DNA of 32,000 nucleotides from Nostoc punctiforme PCC 73102. Lineage in GTDB: Bacteria; Cyanobacteriota; Cyanobacteriia; Cyanobacteriales; Nostocaceae. Below the pieces are notes generated by a model. It was not told the origin of the DNA. It saw only the letters and a program-made list of their open reading frames with translations, and did not search any database. A program made the position numbers and the translations under genes. The stretch covers positions 3,120,001-3,152,000 of the forward strand of contig NC_010628.1 of assembly GCF_000020025.1 (NCBI RefSeq). Reading direction: 5' to 3'. Below are positions 1-7,440 of this stretch, in pieces (the first letter of the stretch is position 1; each line of letters opens with the position of its first letter).

Positions 1-1
1 C

Positions 2-442
2 AGCAGTGATGATAAATTAGCACGAGCTAAACAGCTTGGTGCTGACGAGACAATCAACTACAAAACAACACCAGATTGGGAAAAGCAAGTTTATCAATTA
101 ACTAATCGCACTGGTGTAGATCATGTAGTTGAAGTAGGCGGTGCAGGTACTCTGCCAAAATCACTACAAGCAGTCCGTATTGGGGGACGGATTAGTTTGA
201 TTGGCGTATTGTCAGGAAGAGGAAGTGAAATTGACCCCATGCCAATACTTTTTAAGAGTTTAACAGTTCAGGGCATTTATGTCGGCAGTCGAGAAATGTT
301 TGAGGCGATGAATCAGGCGATGCAACAGCATCAAATCAAACCAATTATTGATCGAGTTTTTCCTTTTGCTGAGGCACGAGAAGCTTATCATTATCTTAAA
401 AGTGCGGCTCACTTTGGGAAAATCGTAATTCGTAATTCGTAA
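2..442 (+). CDS. MDR-family zinc-type alcohol dehydrogenase / NADPH:quinone oxidoreductase, C-terminal part (5' end outside the window)
   Basis: Frame 2 is open from the window edge to TAA at 440-442. The translation (..DDKLARAKQLGADETINYKT..VDHVVEVGGAGTLPKSLQAVRIGGRISLIGVL..HFGKIVIRNS) matches the nucleotide-binding and C-terminal half of MDR dehydrogenases. Confidence 0.8.
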   Translation, partial: SSDDKLARAKQLGADETINYKTTPDWEKQVYQLTNRTGVDHVVEVGGAGTLPKSLQAVRIGGRISLIGVLSGRGSEIDPMPILFKSLTVQGIYVGSREMFEAMNQAMQQHQIKPIIDRVFPFAEAREAYHYLKSAAHFGKIVIRNS

Positions 443-451
443 TTCGTAATT
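424..451. repeat. Tandem heptamer repeat CGTAATT x4 (STRR-like)
   Basis: Four perfect direct copies at 424-430, 431-437, 438-444 and 445-451. The array supplies the last codons (..IRNS) and the TAA stop of the upstream CDS. Confidence 0.95.
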
Positions 452-476
452 TTAAAGAGTTTAATTCTATTAAGAC

Positions 477-606
477 TAGCCCTTTCAATGTGACTCTTAA
501 AATCTCTGCGTTCTCTGTGCCTCTGCGGTTTAAAAGCATTTTATTGAACCACAGAGACGCAGAGTACATAGAGAAAAGAAGAATTTTATCCACCTTGAAA
601 GGGCTA
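477..606. repeat. MITE-like 130-bp element with 12-bp perfect terminal inverted repeats and an internal second stem
   Basis: TAGCCCTTTCAA (477-488) is the exact reverse complement of TTGAAAGGGCTA (595-606). An inner pair, CTCTGCGTTCTCTGTG (504-519) versus CACAGAGACGCAGAG (550-564), has one bulge. No ORF that I trust lies inside. Confidence 0.6.
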
Positions 607-670
607 ACTAACCTATCTATGTTTCAAGTGAGAATTTAAACCCCACTTGAAACATAATTATGAATTACGT

Positions 671-1285
671 TTAAACGGCAGCGAGAGTAGGTGCAGCGAA
701 TTTAGCGTATCGCTCGATGTAGAATTCCTTAGAGTGAGCGATCACTTTCACAGATTCACGCTCTTTCAAAGCATGTTTCCACTGGCGTACACGGGTAAAC
801 TCTTCTGGTATCCCGAAACCACGATACTGCTTTAGTGCAGCCCAGCGCTCAAACCAAGGGAAATAGGTGAAATCGACCAAACTGATAGATTCACCAAACC
901 AGTAAGGGCCTTCCCCAGAAAGCTTTGCCAAACCTTCGTTTTCAATGAATTCCAGGTGTTTGTATAGTTCCTGTTTAGCTTCTTCTTGTTTTTGGGGATC
1001 TGAACTCCGCAGTAGGGTAGAAAAAGCGGGGACGAACCTGGTGTTAGCAAAATCGATCCAAATACGAGCCTGTGCCCTTGCAATGGAGCTGTTGGGTAAC
1101 AGTGGTGGATTGGGAAATACCTCATCGAGATATTCGTTAATTACTGCTGATTCCCAAACTCGGTTATCGTCATGAGTTAGTGCAGGTACTTTACCATAAG
1201 GGGAAACTTTGGTAAAACCTTCAGGCTTATTCTGCAAATCAATTTCAATCAAATCGAAGTCAATGCCCTTTTCTTGAAGTACCAA
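671..1285 (-). CDS. Glutathione S-transferase family protein (thioredoxin-like N domain plus helical C domain); 5' end uncertain
   Basis: The 204-aa ORF contains ..LVLQEKGIDFDLIEIDLQNKPEGFTKVSPYGKVPAL.. typical of omega/CPYA-type GSTs. The called start is TTG. The expected active-site motif (VRICPYAHRTR) lies in frame upstream, at 1321-1286, directly after an in-frame TGA. See the finding at 1283-1337. Confidence 0.8.
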   Translation of the reverse strand: MVLQEKGIDFDLIEIDLQNKPEGFTKVSPYGKVPALTHDDNRVWESAVINEYLDEVFPNPPLLPNSSIARAQARIWIDFANTRFVPAFSTLLRSSDPQKQEEAKQELYKHLEFIENEGLAKLSGEGPYWFGESISLVDFTYFPWFERWAALKQYRGFGIPEEFTRVRQWKHALKERESVKVIAHSKEFYIERYAKFAAPTLAAV

Positions 1286-1334
1286 CCGGGTACGGTGAGC
1301 ATAAGGACAAATTCGGACTCACCACTCAGCACTT

Positions 1335-2372
1335 TTATGGTGCTGGGTTTGGCGACTGAGCATGAACTATATCCAACTCTTCCAAAATGTCTTTACTGAG
1401 AACTACATCCACACTTTCCAAATTCTCTTTGAGTTGTTCTAATGTCGTAGCACCAATGATTGTGCTAGGCACAAACCAACGACTCCGCACAAATGCCAAA
1501 GCCAAATGCGCTGGACTTAGTTGATAGCGCTTGGCAATATCTATGTAAGCTGCTACAGCTTCACTGACTTTTGGTTTTAAGTAACGTTGACCAAAATTTT
1601 CAAATAAACTGAATCTTGCTTTTTCTGGTTTGCCATTTAGATATTTACCAGTCAATAAACCAAATGCCAAAGGACTATAAGCTAGTAATCCAATTTCTTC
1701 GTAATAAACTGCTTCTGCTAAGGCTCCATCAAATACTCGATTCAGTAAGTTGTAAGCATTTTGAATCGAAACAATTTTGGGCAATCCTAATTGTTTAGCA
1801 GCATTACTAAATTGGGCAACTCCCCAAGGTGTCTCATTACTCAAACCGATATAGCGAATTTTTCCCGCTTTAATTACGTCGGCAAAAACTGCTAGCTGTT
1901 CAGCGATGGGAACGGTTTCTCCCACTTGAGTTGGATCGAATACAGTTTGCCCAAACCGTGGCACGTAGCGATCGGGCCAGTGGATTTGGTAAAGATCAAT
2001 ATAATCTGTCTGTAGTCTTTTTAAACTATCATCGACAGCTTGTTTGATATTATCACGGTCTATTGCTTTGGCTCCATTACGTAACCATTTAAAGCCGCGT
2101 CCAGGGCCAGAAATTTTAGTAGCTATAATCAGTTTTTCTCTTTGTTGACGTTTTAACCATTCCCCAATGTAAGTTTCAGTTAATCCATAAGTTTCTGCAC
2201 TTGTTGGAACTGGATACATCTCCGCCGCATCAATAAAGTTGACTCCTTGGGCAATAGAATAATCTAGCTGCTCGTGGGCTTCTTCAATAGTATTTTGCTG
2301 TCCATAAGTCATAGTGCCCAGACAAATTTCAGAAACTTTTAAGTCACTCTTACCCAGTTGGTTATACTTCAT
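1335..2372 (-). CDS. tas: NADP(H)-dependent aldo-keto reductase, Tas-like
   Basis: A 345-aa ORF with an ATG start. It is collinear with my recollection of E. coli Tas (LGTMTYGQQNT..AHEQLDYSIAQGVNFIDAAEMYPVP..GLTETYIGEWL..). Confidence 0.85.
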   Translation of the reverse strand: MKYNQLGKSDLKVSEICLGTMTYGQQNTIEEAHEQLDYSIAQGVNFIDAAEMYPVPTSAETYGLTETYIGEWLKRQQREKLIIATKISGPGRGFKWLRNGAKAIDRDNIKQAVDDSLKRLQTDYIDLYQIHWPDRYVPRFGQTVFDPTQVGETVPIAEQLAVFADVIKAGKIRYIGLSNETPWGVAQFSNAAKQLGLPKIVSIQNAYNLLNRVFDGALAEAVYYEEIGLLAYSPLAFGLLTGKYLNGKPEKARFSLFENFGQRYLKPKVSEAVAAYIDIAKRYQLSPAHLALAFVRSRWFVPSTIIGATTLEQLKENLESVDVVLSKDILEELDIVHAQSPNPAP

Positions 2373-3209
2373 CTTTCCGCGTTGTTATTCGGTTGGTTTA
2401 ACAGTGATATTTTTGTTGAAAGTTTCGCCTTTTGTCAAGCACATTATTGTTTTTAATTAATTTAGCTTCAAACACTAACCAATTTGCAGTTAACCAATTA
2501 TAAATCTCTTAGCAAATAAATCTGTTTTGCTAAAATGCTAAAATTCGATAGATAAACCGTAGGATGCAGATATAATTGTTTATTATTTCATAGATAAACC
2601 ATATAAGTAAGCTAGTTGTAAGTAATAAAAATCTAAAATTGGATGAGAAAATACTTGCTTTTATTGAGTATTTGTGAAATGGACTGTTTTAGCCTTTATA
2701 CATACTACGATAAACTAATCGATTTACAGTAGTATATCAGCAAATCCTTAGATTCTTATAGAATTAAGTTTTAATAAATGTTAATTTTGAGCTATTGAGT
2801 CCTAAATAGCTTGTCTTCACGGTAGTGAAATATACCCAATTTTTCTAAAAGAGTTTACAACGCCTGGTAGCAATTACCAAAAGTTAGACTGAGGATTTTT
2901 TACTGCGATCGCTTCCACTGTTGCTCATATATACATTATTGTAATTAAAATAACAAAAAATCTTAATATTATACTTAAAAATCATAACCTTTGCTGAGAT
3001 CATTATGATACTTTTGATGCATTAAAGTTAGAGTTATAAACTGGCATACTAATACATTCAGGATTTACACAAACATAGCTAAAGCCCTTATTCTTTAGAA
3101 ATCTCTAGCAAGTTAGTTGCTCCAAATCAGTTTTTTGATATAAATAACTAATTTATTTATGTTATATTATATATGTTTAGAAAAATATCAATGTTTTATT
3201 AAAACTTTT

Positions 3210-3310
3210 TTAGAAAATACATCTTTTGACGTTAGGATTCAGATTATTGATTTTTCTCCTCATGCCGATAGTTGCCTTTTCTATAAACGGCTACATTTAG
3301 GAGAATCTTA
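3210..3310 (+). promoter_or_regulatory. Conserved 5' block upstream of Crp paralog 1 (copy A), including the RBS AGGAG
   Basis: TTAGAAAATACATCTTTTGACGTTAGGATTCAGATT (3210-3245) aligns almost base for base with 4134-4168 upstream of paralog 2. Similarity is weaker from there to the ATG. It contains a TTGAC -35-like hexamer at 3226-3230. Confidence 0.5.
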
Positions 3311-4048
3311 ATGTCATTAAACAAAAATACCTTAGAGCAGCCAGCAAATAGGCTACTCGCAGCTTTACCAGCCACCGATTATGAGCGTCTTTTTCCCCAT
3401 CTGAAGCTGGTTTCGCTCCCACTTCGTAAATTCCTTTACGAAGCAGGCGAACCCATCACACAGGTCTATTTTCCTAATAAAGCAGTCGTTTCTATAATTA
3501 CCACTATGGAAGATGGCTCAACTGTGGAAGTTGGTCTAGTGAGCAGTGAAGGGATGGTGGGTATGCCCATAATTTTAGGAGACAACACGACAACCACAAC
3601 CGCCTTTGTGCAGATTCCAGACAGTGCTATGCAGCTTGATGCAGATATACTAAGAAGTGAGTTCAATCGGGGTACAGCTCTCCAAAGCGTACTGCTACGC
3701 TATGTGCAAGGTGTATACACTCAAATAGCACAAGGTTCTGCTTGCAACCGTCTTCATAAGCTAGAGAGGCGGCTGGCTCGATGGCTGCTGACAGTTTCTG
3801 ACCGTCTGGAATCAGATGAATTCCCGCTCACGCAAGAATTTATCTCACAGATGCTCGGTGTACGTCGCGCTGGTGTCACTGAAGCAGCTAATATCCTGAG
3901 TGAAGCCGGAATAATCACCTACCATCGTGGTCAGATTAACATTCTAAATCGAGAGGCTTTAGAGAAAACTTCTTGCGAATGTTATCAGGTTATAGAAAAT
4001 GAATTTGTTCGTTTATTAGGCAATCAGCCCAATCAACGGCAAAAATAG
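3311..4048 (+). CDS. Crp/Fnr-family transcriptional regulator, paralog 1 (cNMP-binding-like beta-barrel plus C-terminal HTH)
   Basis: A 245-aa ORF with an ATG start and AGGAG 7 nt upstream. The barrel segment is ..VYFPNKAVVSIITTMEDGSTVEVGLVSSEGMVGMP.. and the HTH segment is ..LTQEFISQMLGVRRAGVTEAANIL... The C-terminal SCECY motif is shared with a widespread Crp/Fnr subfamily. Confidence 0.9.
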   Translation: MSLNKNTLEQPANRLLAALPATDYERLFPHLKLVSLPLRKFLYEAGEPITQVYFPNKAVVSIITTMEDGSTVEVGLVSSEGMVGMPIILGDNTTTTTAFVQIPDSAMQLDADILRSEFNRGTALQSVLLRYVQGVYTQIAQGSACNRLHKLERRLARWLLTVSDRLESDEFPLTQEFISQMLGVRRAGVTEAANILSEAGIITYHRGQINILNREALEKTSCECYQVIENEFVRLLGNQPNQRQK

Positions 4049-4133
4049 TTTTTGTTAAGCTTCTATGTAGCAAAGTGCATAGACTCAAATAAGTGTTTTC
4101 ATTTAAGCTTTTCTACATTGTCCCCATGTTTCT

Positions 4134-4235
4134 TTAGAGAATACATCTTTCGACATTAGGATCAGATTCTTAAATTTGCCTTATGCCTTGAGTTAGCTTT
4201 TCTAAAGTCACCTACCTAAAGGAGAGTGACTTTCA
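4134..4235 (+). promoter_or_regulatory. Conserved 5' block upstream of Crp paralog 2 (copy B)
   Basis: TTAGAGAATACATCTTTCGACATTAGGATCAGATT (4134-4168) matches 3210-3245. The RBS AAGGAGAG lies at 4219-4226. Confidence 0.5.
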
Positions 4236-4982
4236 ATGTCATTAGACAAAAACCGCTTTCAGCAACCACCAAATAAGCTACTCGCAGCTTTGCCAGCCAG
4301 TGATTATGAGCGTCTTGTCCCGCATCTAAAGCTAGTTCCGCTCCCAGTTCAGCAAATCCTTTATCAAGTAGCCGAACCAATTACACAAGTCTATTTTCCT
4401 GATAAGGCAGTGGTTTCTATAGTTACCACTATGGAAGATGGCTCAACGGCAGAAGTTGGCATAGTAAGCAATGAAGGTATGGTGGGTATCCCAGTAATTT
4501 TAGGAGACAACACCACAACCACAACAGCCTTTGTGCAGATTTCGGGCGCTGCTATGCAAATCGATGCAGATGTAGTCAGAGCCGAGTTCAATCGGGGCGG
4601 AGCTATTCAAAGCTTGCTGCTGTGCTACGTACAAGCTATATACTCTGAACTGGCGCAAGGTGCTGCCTGCAACCGTCTCCATACATTGGACGAACGGCTA
4701 GCTCGTTGGCTACTGACAGTCTCCGACCGTTTAGAATCAGAAGACTTTCCGCTCACGCAAGAATTTATCGCCCAGATGCTTGGTGTACGTCGTTCTGGCG
4801 TGACAGTAGCGGCTAGCACCCTCAGCCGTGCCGGAATGATTAGCTACCAACGTGGTCATATTAGCATTATGAACCGAGAGGATTTGGAAGCAACTTCTTG
4901 TGAGTGTTATCAAGTTATCCAAAAGGAATTTGCTCGGTTACTGGGCATGAAGCCCAGTAACCGAGCCAAAAAATTTTTTTGA
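4236..4982 (+). CDS. Crp/Fnr-family transcriptional regulator, paralog 2
   Basis: A 248-aa ORF collinear with paralog 1. A hand count gives about 67 differences over 245 positions. Confidence 0.9.
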   Translation: MSLDKNRFQQPPNKLLAALPASDYERLVPHLKLVPLPVQQILYQVAEPITQVYFPDKAVVSIVTTMEDGSTAEVGIVSNEGMVGIPVILGDNTTTTTAFVQISGAAMQIDADVVRAEFNRGGAIQSLLLCYVQAIYSELAQGAACNRLHTLDERLARWLLTVSDRLESEDFPLTQEFIAQMLGVRRSGVTVAASTLSRAGMISYQRGHISIMNREDLEATSCECYQVIQKEFARLLGMKPSNRAKKFF

Positions 4983-5062
4983 GTTATGTGTGCGAAACCG
5001 GACAGACCCGCAAAAGTGACTTGATTTAAAGTATTGTCAGCAAATTTCTCTTTTAATGTTCA

Positions 5063-5794
5063 GTGAGCGAAAACACTCTTAAGCCGCAAGTAAATAAATT
5101 ACTCGCGGCTTTGCCAACTAATGATTATGAGCGCCTTATTCCACACCTAAAGTTAGTTTCGCTTCCCACGCGCCAAGTCATTTACGAACCAGGAGAACCC
5201 ATCAAACAGGTCTATTTTCCCCAAAATGCAGTGGTTTCTATAGTAACTGGGATGAAAGATGGCTCGACGGTGGAAGTTGGGATAGTGAGCAATGAAGGCA
5301 TGGTGGGTATCCCAGTAATTTTAGGAGGTAGCACAACAACCACAAAAGCGTTTGTCCAAGTTGCGGGCAGTGGAGTGCAGATTGATGCAGATGTCCTGAG
5401 AACTGAGTTTAATCGGGGCGGAGCTATTCAAAATCTTTTGCTGCGCTATATCCGAGCTACATATACCGAACTTACACAAGGATGTGCTTGCAACCGTCTT
5501 CATACTCTAGAAGAACGACTGGCTCGTTGGCTTCTCACAGTATCTGACCGTTTGGAATCAGAAGAATTTCCACTCACGCAAGAATTTATTGCCCAGATGC
5601 TTGGTGTACGGCGCTCCGGCGTGACAGTAGCGGCTAGCGCCCTGAGCCGAGCCGGAATGATTAGCTATCAGCGTGGCCAAATTAACATCCTGAACCGAGA
5701 GGATTTAGAAGAAACTTCTTGTGAGTGTTATCGAGTCATACAAAACGAATTTGCTCGGTTACTGAAGAATCAGCCAAAGCGCGATCGCCGATGA
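5063..5794 (+). CDS. Crp/Fnr-family transcriptional regulator, paralog 3
   Basis: A 243-aa ORF with a GTG start, whose N-terminus (MSENTLKPQVNKLLAALP) aligns with MSLNKNTLEQPANRLLAALP of paralog 1. It lies only 80 nt after paralog 2. Confidence 0.88.
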   Translation: MSENTLKPQVNKLLAALPTNDYERLIPHLKLVSLPTRQVIYEPGEPIKQVYFPQNAVVSIVTGMKDGSTVEVGIVSNEGMVGIPVILGGSTTTTKAFVQVAGSGVQIDADVLRTEFNRGGAIQNLLLRYIRATYTELTQGCACNRLHTLEERLARWLLTVSDRLESEEFPLTQEFIAQMLGVRRSGVTVAASALSRAGMISYQRGQINILNREDLEETSCECYRVIQNEFARLLKNQPKRDRR

Positions 5795-5870
5795 AGCAAT
5801 CTTCTAAGTTATTATGTCCGAAACCGGACAGACACTTAGCAATTAGTTCCATTAAGATTTAGTAAAGAAT

Positions 5871-5920
5871 GCATCAAATAGTATTTACAAATACATGCCA
5901 TTTGATGCGATTGCTAATCT
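5871..5920 (+). promoter_or_regulatory. Nested palindrome with a GTA-N8-TAC core plus a TAATCT -10-like box upstream of the receiver gene
   Basis: The outer arms GCATCAAAT (5871-5879) and ATTTGATGC (5900-5908) are perfect. The inner element GTATTTACAAATAC (5881-5894) has the form GTA-N8-TAC. TAATCT (5915-5920) begins 20 nt after the core, and the ATG is at 5951. Confidence 0.4.
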
Positions 5921-5950
5921 AAGTGTTTGAGCTAGACGGCGGTGAGAATA

Positions 5951-6361
5951 ATGTCTAATCAATCAATGTCTTTTAAAGGTCTGCGATTGCTCGTCGTAGA
6001 TGATGACCGTGATACGAGAACTTTACTTACCTTCTTGTTTGAATTAGAGGGAGCAGAAATTATCACAGCGGCTTCGGCAGGTGATGCTATAGAAATAATG
6101 TCATTTTTTAAACCAGACATCTTGATTAGTGATATTTATTTACCCGATGAAAACGGTTGCTCACTGCTGATAAAGCTCAGAAATTTAGAAGCAAAGCGAG
6201 GGAGAAAGATTCCAGCTATTGCTCTGACAGCATCTGCTTTCGACGAAGACCGGAATCGGGCATTATTAGCAGGTTATGATATATACCGATGCAAGCCGAT
6301 AGACTTAGATGATTTATCTTCTACGGTTGCTAGTCTAGTTATGCTCGAAGAATACGCTTGA
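5951..6361 (+). CDS. Stand-alone response-regulator receiver domain (CheY-like)
   Basis: The sequence LRLLVVDDDRDTR..DILISDIYLPDENG..AIALTAS..CKP supplies the acidic pocket, phospho-acceptor Asp, Thr and Lys of a receiver. There is no output domain. The ORF track starts at GTG 5942; ATG 5951, preceded by GGTGAG, seems the more likely start. Confidence 0.85.
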   Translation: MSNQSMSFKGLRLLVVDDDRDTRTLLTFLFELEGAEIITAASAGDAIEIMSFFKPDILISDIYLPDENGCSLLIKLRNLEAKRGRKIPAIALTASAFDEDRNRALLAGYDIYRCKPIDLDDLSSTVASLVMLEEYA

Positions 6362-6417
6362 CACATTTGGATGCTTAAGGTGATAGTCACTAAGCAATAA
6401 AGCTTTAATTTATTTTG

Positions 6418-6513
6418 AAAATGCGATGTCTACCGAGGATTATACCAACGCCTGGTAATTTTTATACTAAATCAGGGTGTTGGCGCAGCCCTTGATAGAC
6501 ATCGCATTTTTTT
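6418..6513 (+). terminator. Long nested hairpin followed by a T-run (possible terminator or MITE-like structured element)
   Basis: AAAATGCGATGTCTA (6418-6432) is the perfect reverse complement of TAGACATCGCATTTT (6496-6510), followed by TTT. The 63-nt loop holds a second stem, CCAACGCCTGG (6445-6455) with CAGGGTGTTGG (6473-6483), which needs G-U pairs. Confidence 0.45.
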
Positions 6514-6665
6514 AGGAATTTTTTGACTAATTTTATTCTTTTTTAATTCTGCTACCAGCAAAAACCTTTGAAAGAGCAGGGATATAAAATATACTAAGAA
6601 TAAATACAGAGAAGGCTAAAGTAATTCTCTGTGAGTACTCATTTTTTCATATAAAGGGCTGCATT

Positions 6666-7337
6666 ATGGAATATCTTGCTTATTCTCACATGTTTATTGC
6701 TCAAGAAGAGGCATCTGGAAACACCAAATATAATCTCCCTAAATCTCAATTAAATGGGAAAGAACCTCTTAAATCTTCTAACATAGTTATTGCTGAAAAA
6801 CAGGTATCTGCAAACAGCAAAACTAAGTTTAATTGGAAAAAACTACTTAAATCTTCAGCTTGGTTAGCTTTAGCTGGTGTTGGTGTATTACTTCTTGCTG
6901 CGACCCAAATTCAAATAAGTTCGGCTGCTTATGTAAAGACTAACGGCAGTTGTTTGCGTATCCGTACAGGCCCAAGCACCAACTACTCTTATATTGATTG
7001 TGTATCAAATGGTGCAACACTTCCAGCGATTGAGAGGTATGAAAACGGTTTTGCTCGGCTTTCTACGGGTAGATATGTTTATGCCCGATGGGTTGCTGAT
7101 AAGCCTAACAATCCTCCTGTGACTAGTAGACCTGGTGGCGTTGGCGGTTCAGTCATTCTTACCCGTGGTTCTAGAGGTCAGCTTGTAAGAGACGTTCAGA
7201 CAGCTTTAGGTAATCTCAGAGTTGATGGAATTTACGGTCAAGAAACTGTTAACCAAGTCCGAAGCTTTCAGGCAAGTAAAGGTTTACTTGTAGATGGTAC
7301 AGTGGGGCCCGAAACTAGAGCAGCTCTGGGTATTTAA
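6666..7337 (+). CDS. Membrane-anchored SH3b plus peptidoglycan-binding (PG_binding_1) domain protein
   Basis: A 223-aa ORF with a TM segment (AWLALAGVGVLLLAA). An SH3-like segment follows (GSCLRIRTGPSTNYSYIDCVSNGATL..ARLSTGRYVYARWV). The C-terminal segment RGSRGQLVRDVQTALGNLRVDGIYGQETVNQVRSFQASKGLLVDGTVGPETRAAL is typical of PG_binding_1. Confidence 0.75.
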   Translation: MEYLAYSHMFIAQEEASGNTKYNLPKSQLNGKEPLKSSNIVIAEKQVSANSKTKFNWKKLLKSSAWLALAGVGVLLLAATQIQISSAAYVKTNGSCLRIRTGPSTNYSYIDCVSNGATLPAIERYENGFARLSTGRYVYARWVADKPNNPPVTSRPGGVGGSVILTRGSRGQLVRDVQTALGNLRVDGIYGQETVNQVRSFQASKGLLVDGTVGPETRAALGI

Positions 7338-7440
7338 AAGTTAGAGACAATTTCATCAACCAGCCACTTTTGAAAAATCTCATTTCTAGGTTATACCTAT
7401 TTTCTTAGAAATCTAAACTAAGGAAGTCTGAGATTAAAAC

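Noticed and set aside
396-1175. ORFs 396-593(-), 647-835(+), 832-1125(-) and 945-1175(+).
   Set aside because: The first runs through the heptamer array and the MITE-like inverted repeat. The others overlap the GST CDS in other frames or on the other strand, and I recognise no domain in them.
2822-2835. A GTA-N8-TAC (NtcA-type) match, GTAGTGAAATATAC, in the AT-rich tract.
   Set aside because: The 6-nt pattern is expected several times by chance in 32 kb of AT-rich DNA. No suitably spaced -10 box lies on either side, and the nearest gene starts are about 450 bp away.
3466-5503. Antisense ORFs inside the three Crp paralogs (3466-3666, 4391-4591, 4500-4682, 4625-4819, 4737-4922, 5321-5503).
   Set aside because: They lie entirely within well-supported sense CDSs. 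They recur only because the genes are paralogous, e.g. the Val run mirrors the Thr-run codons. They have no start context, so they are shadow ORFs.
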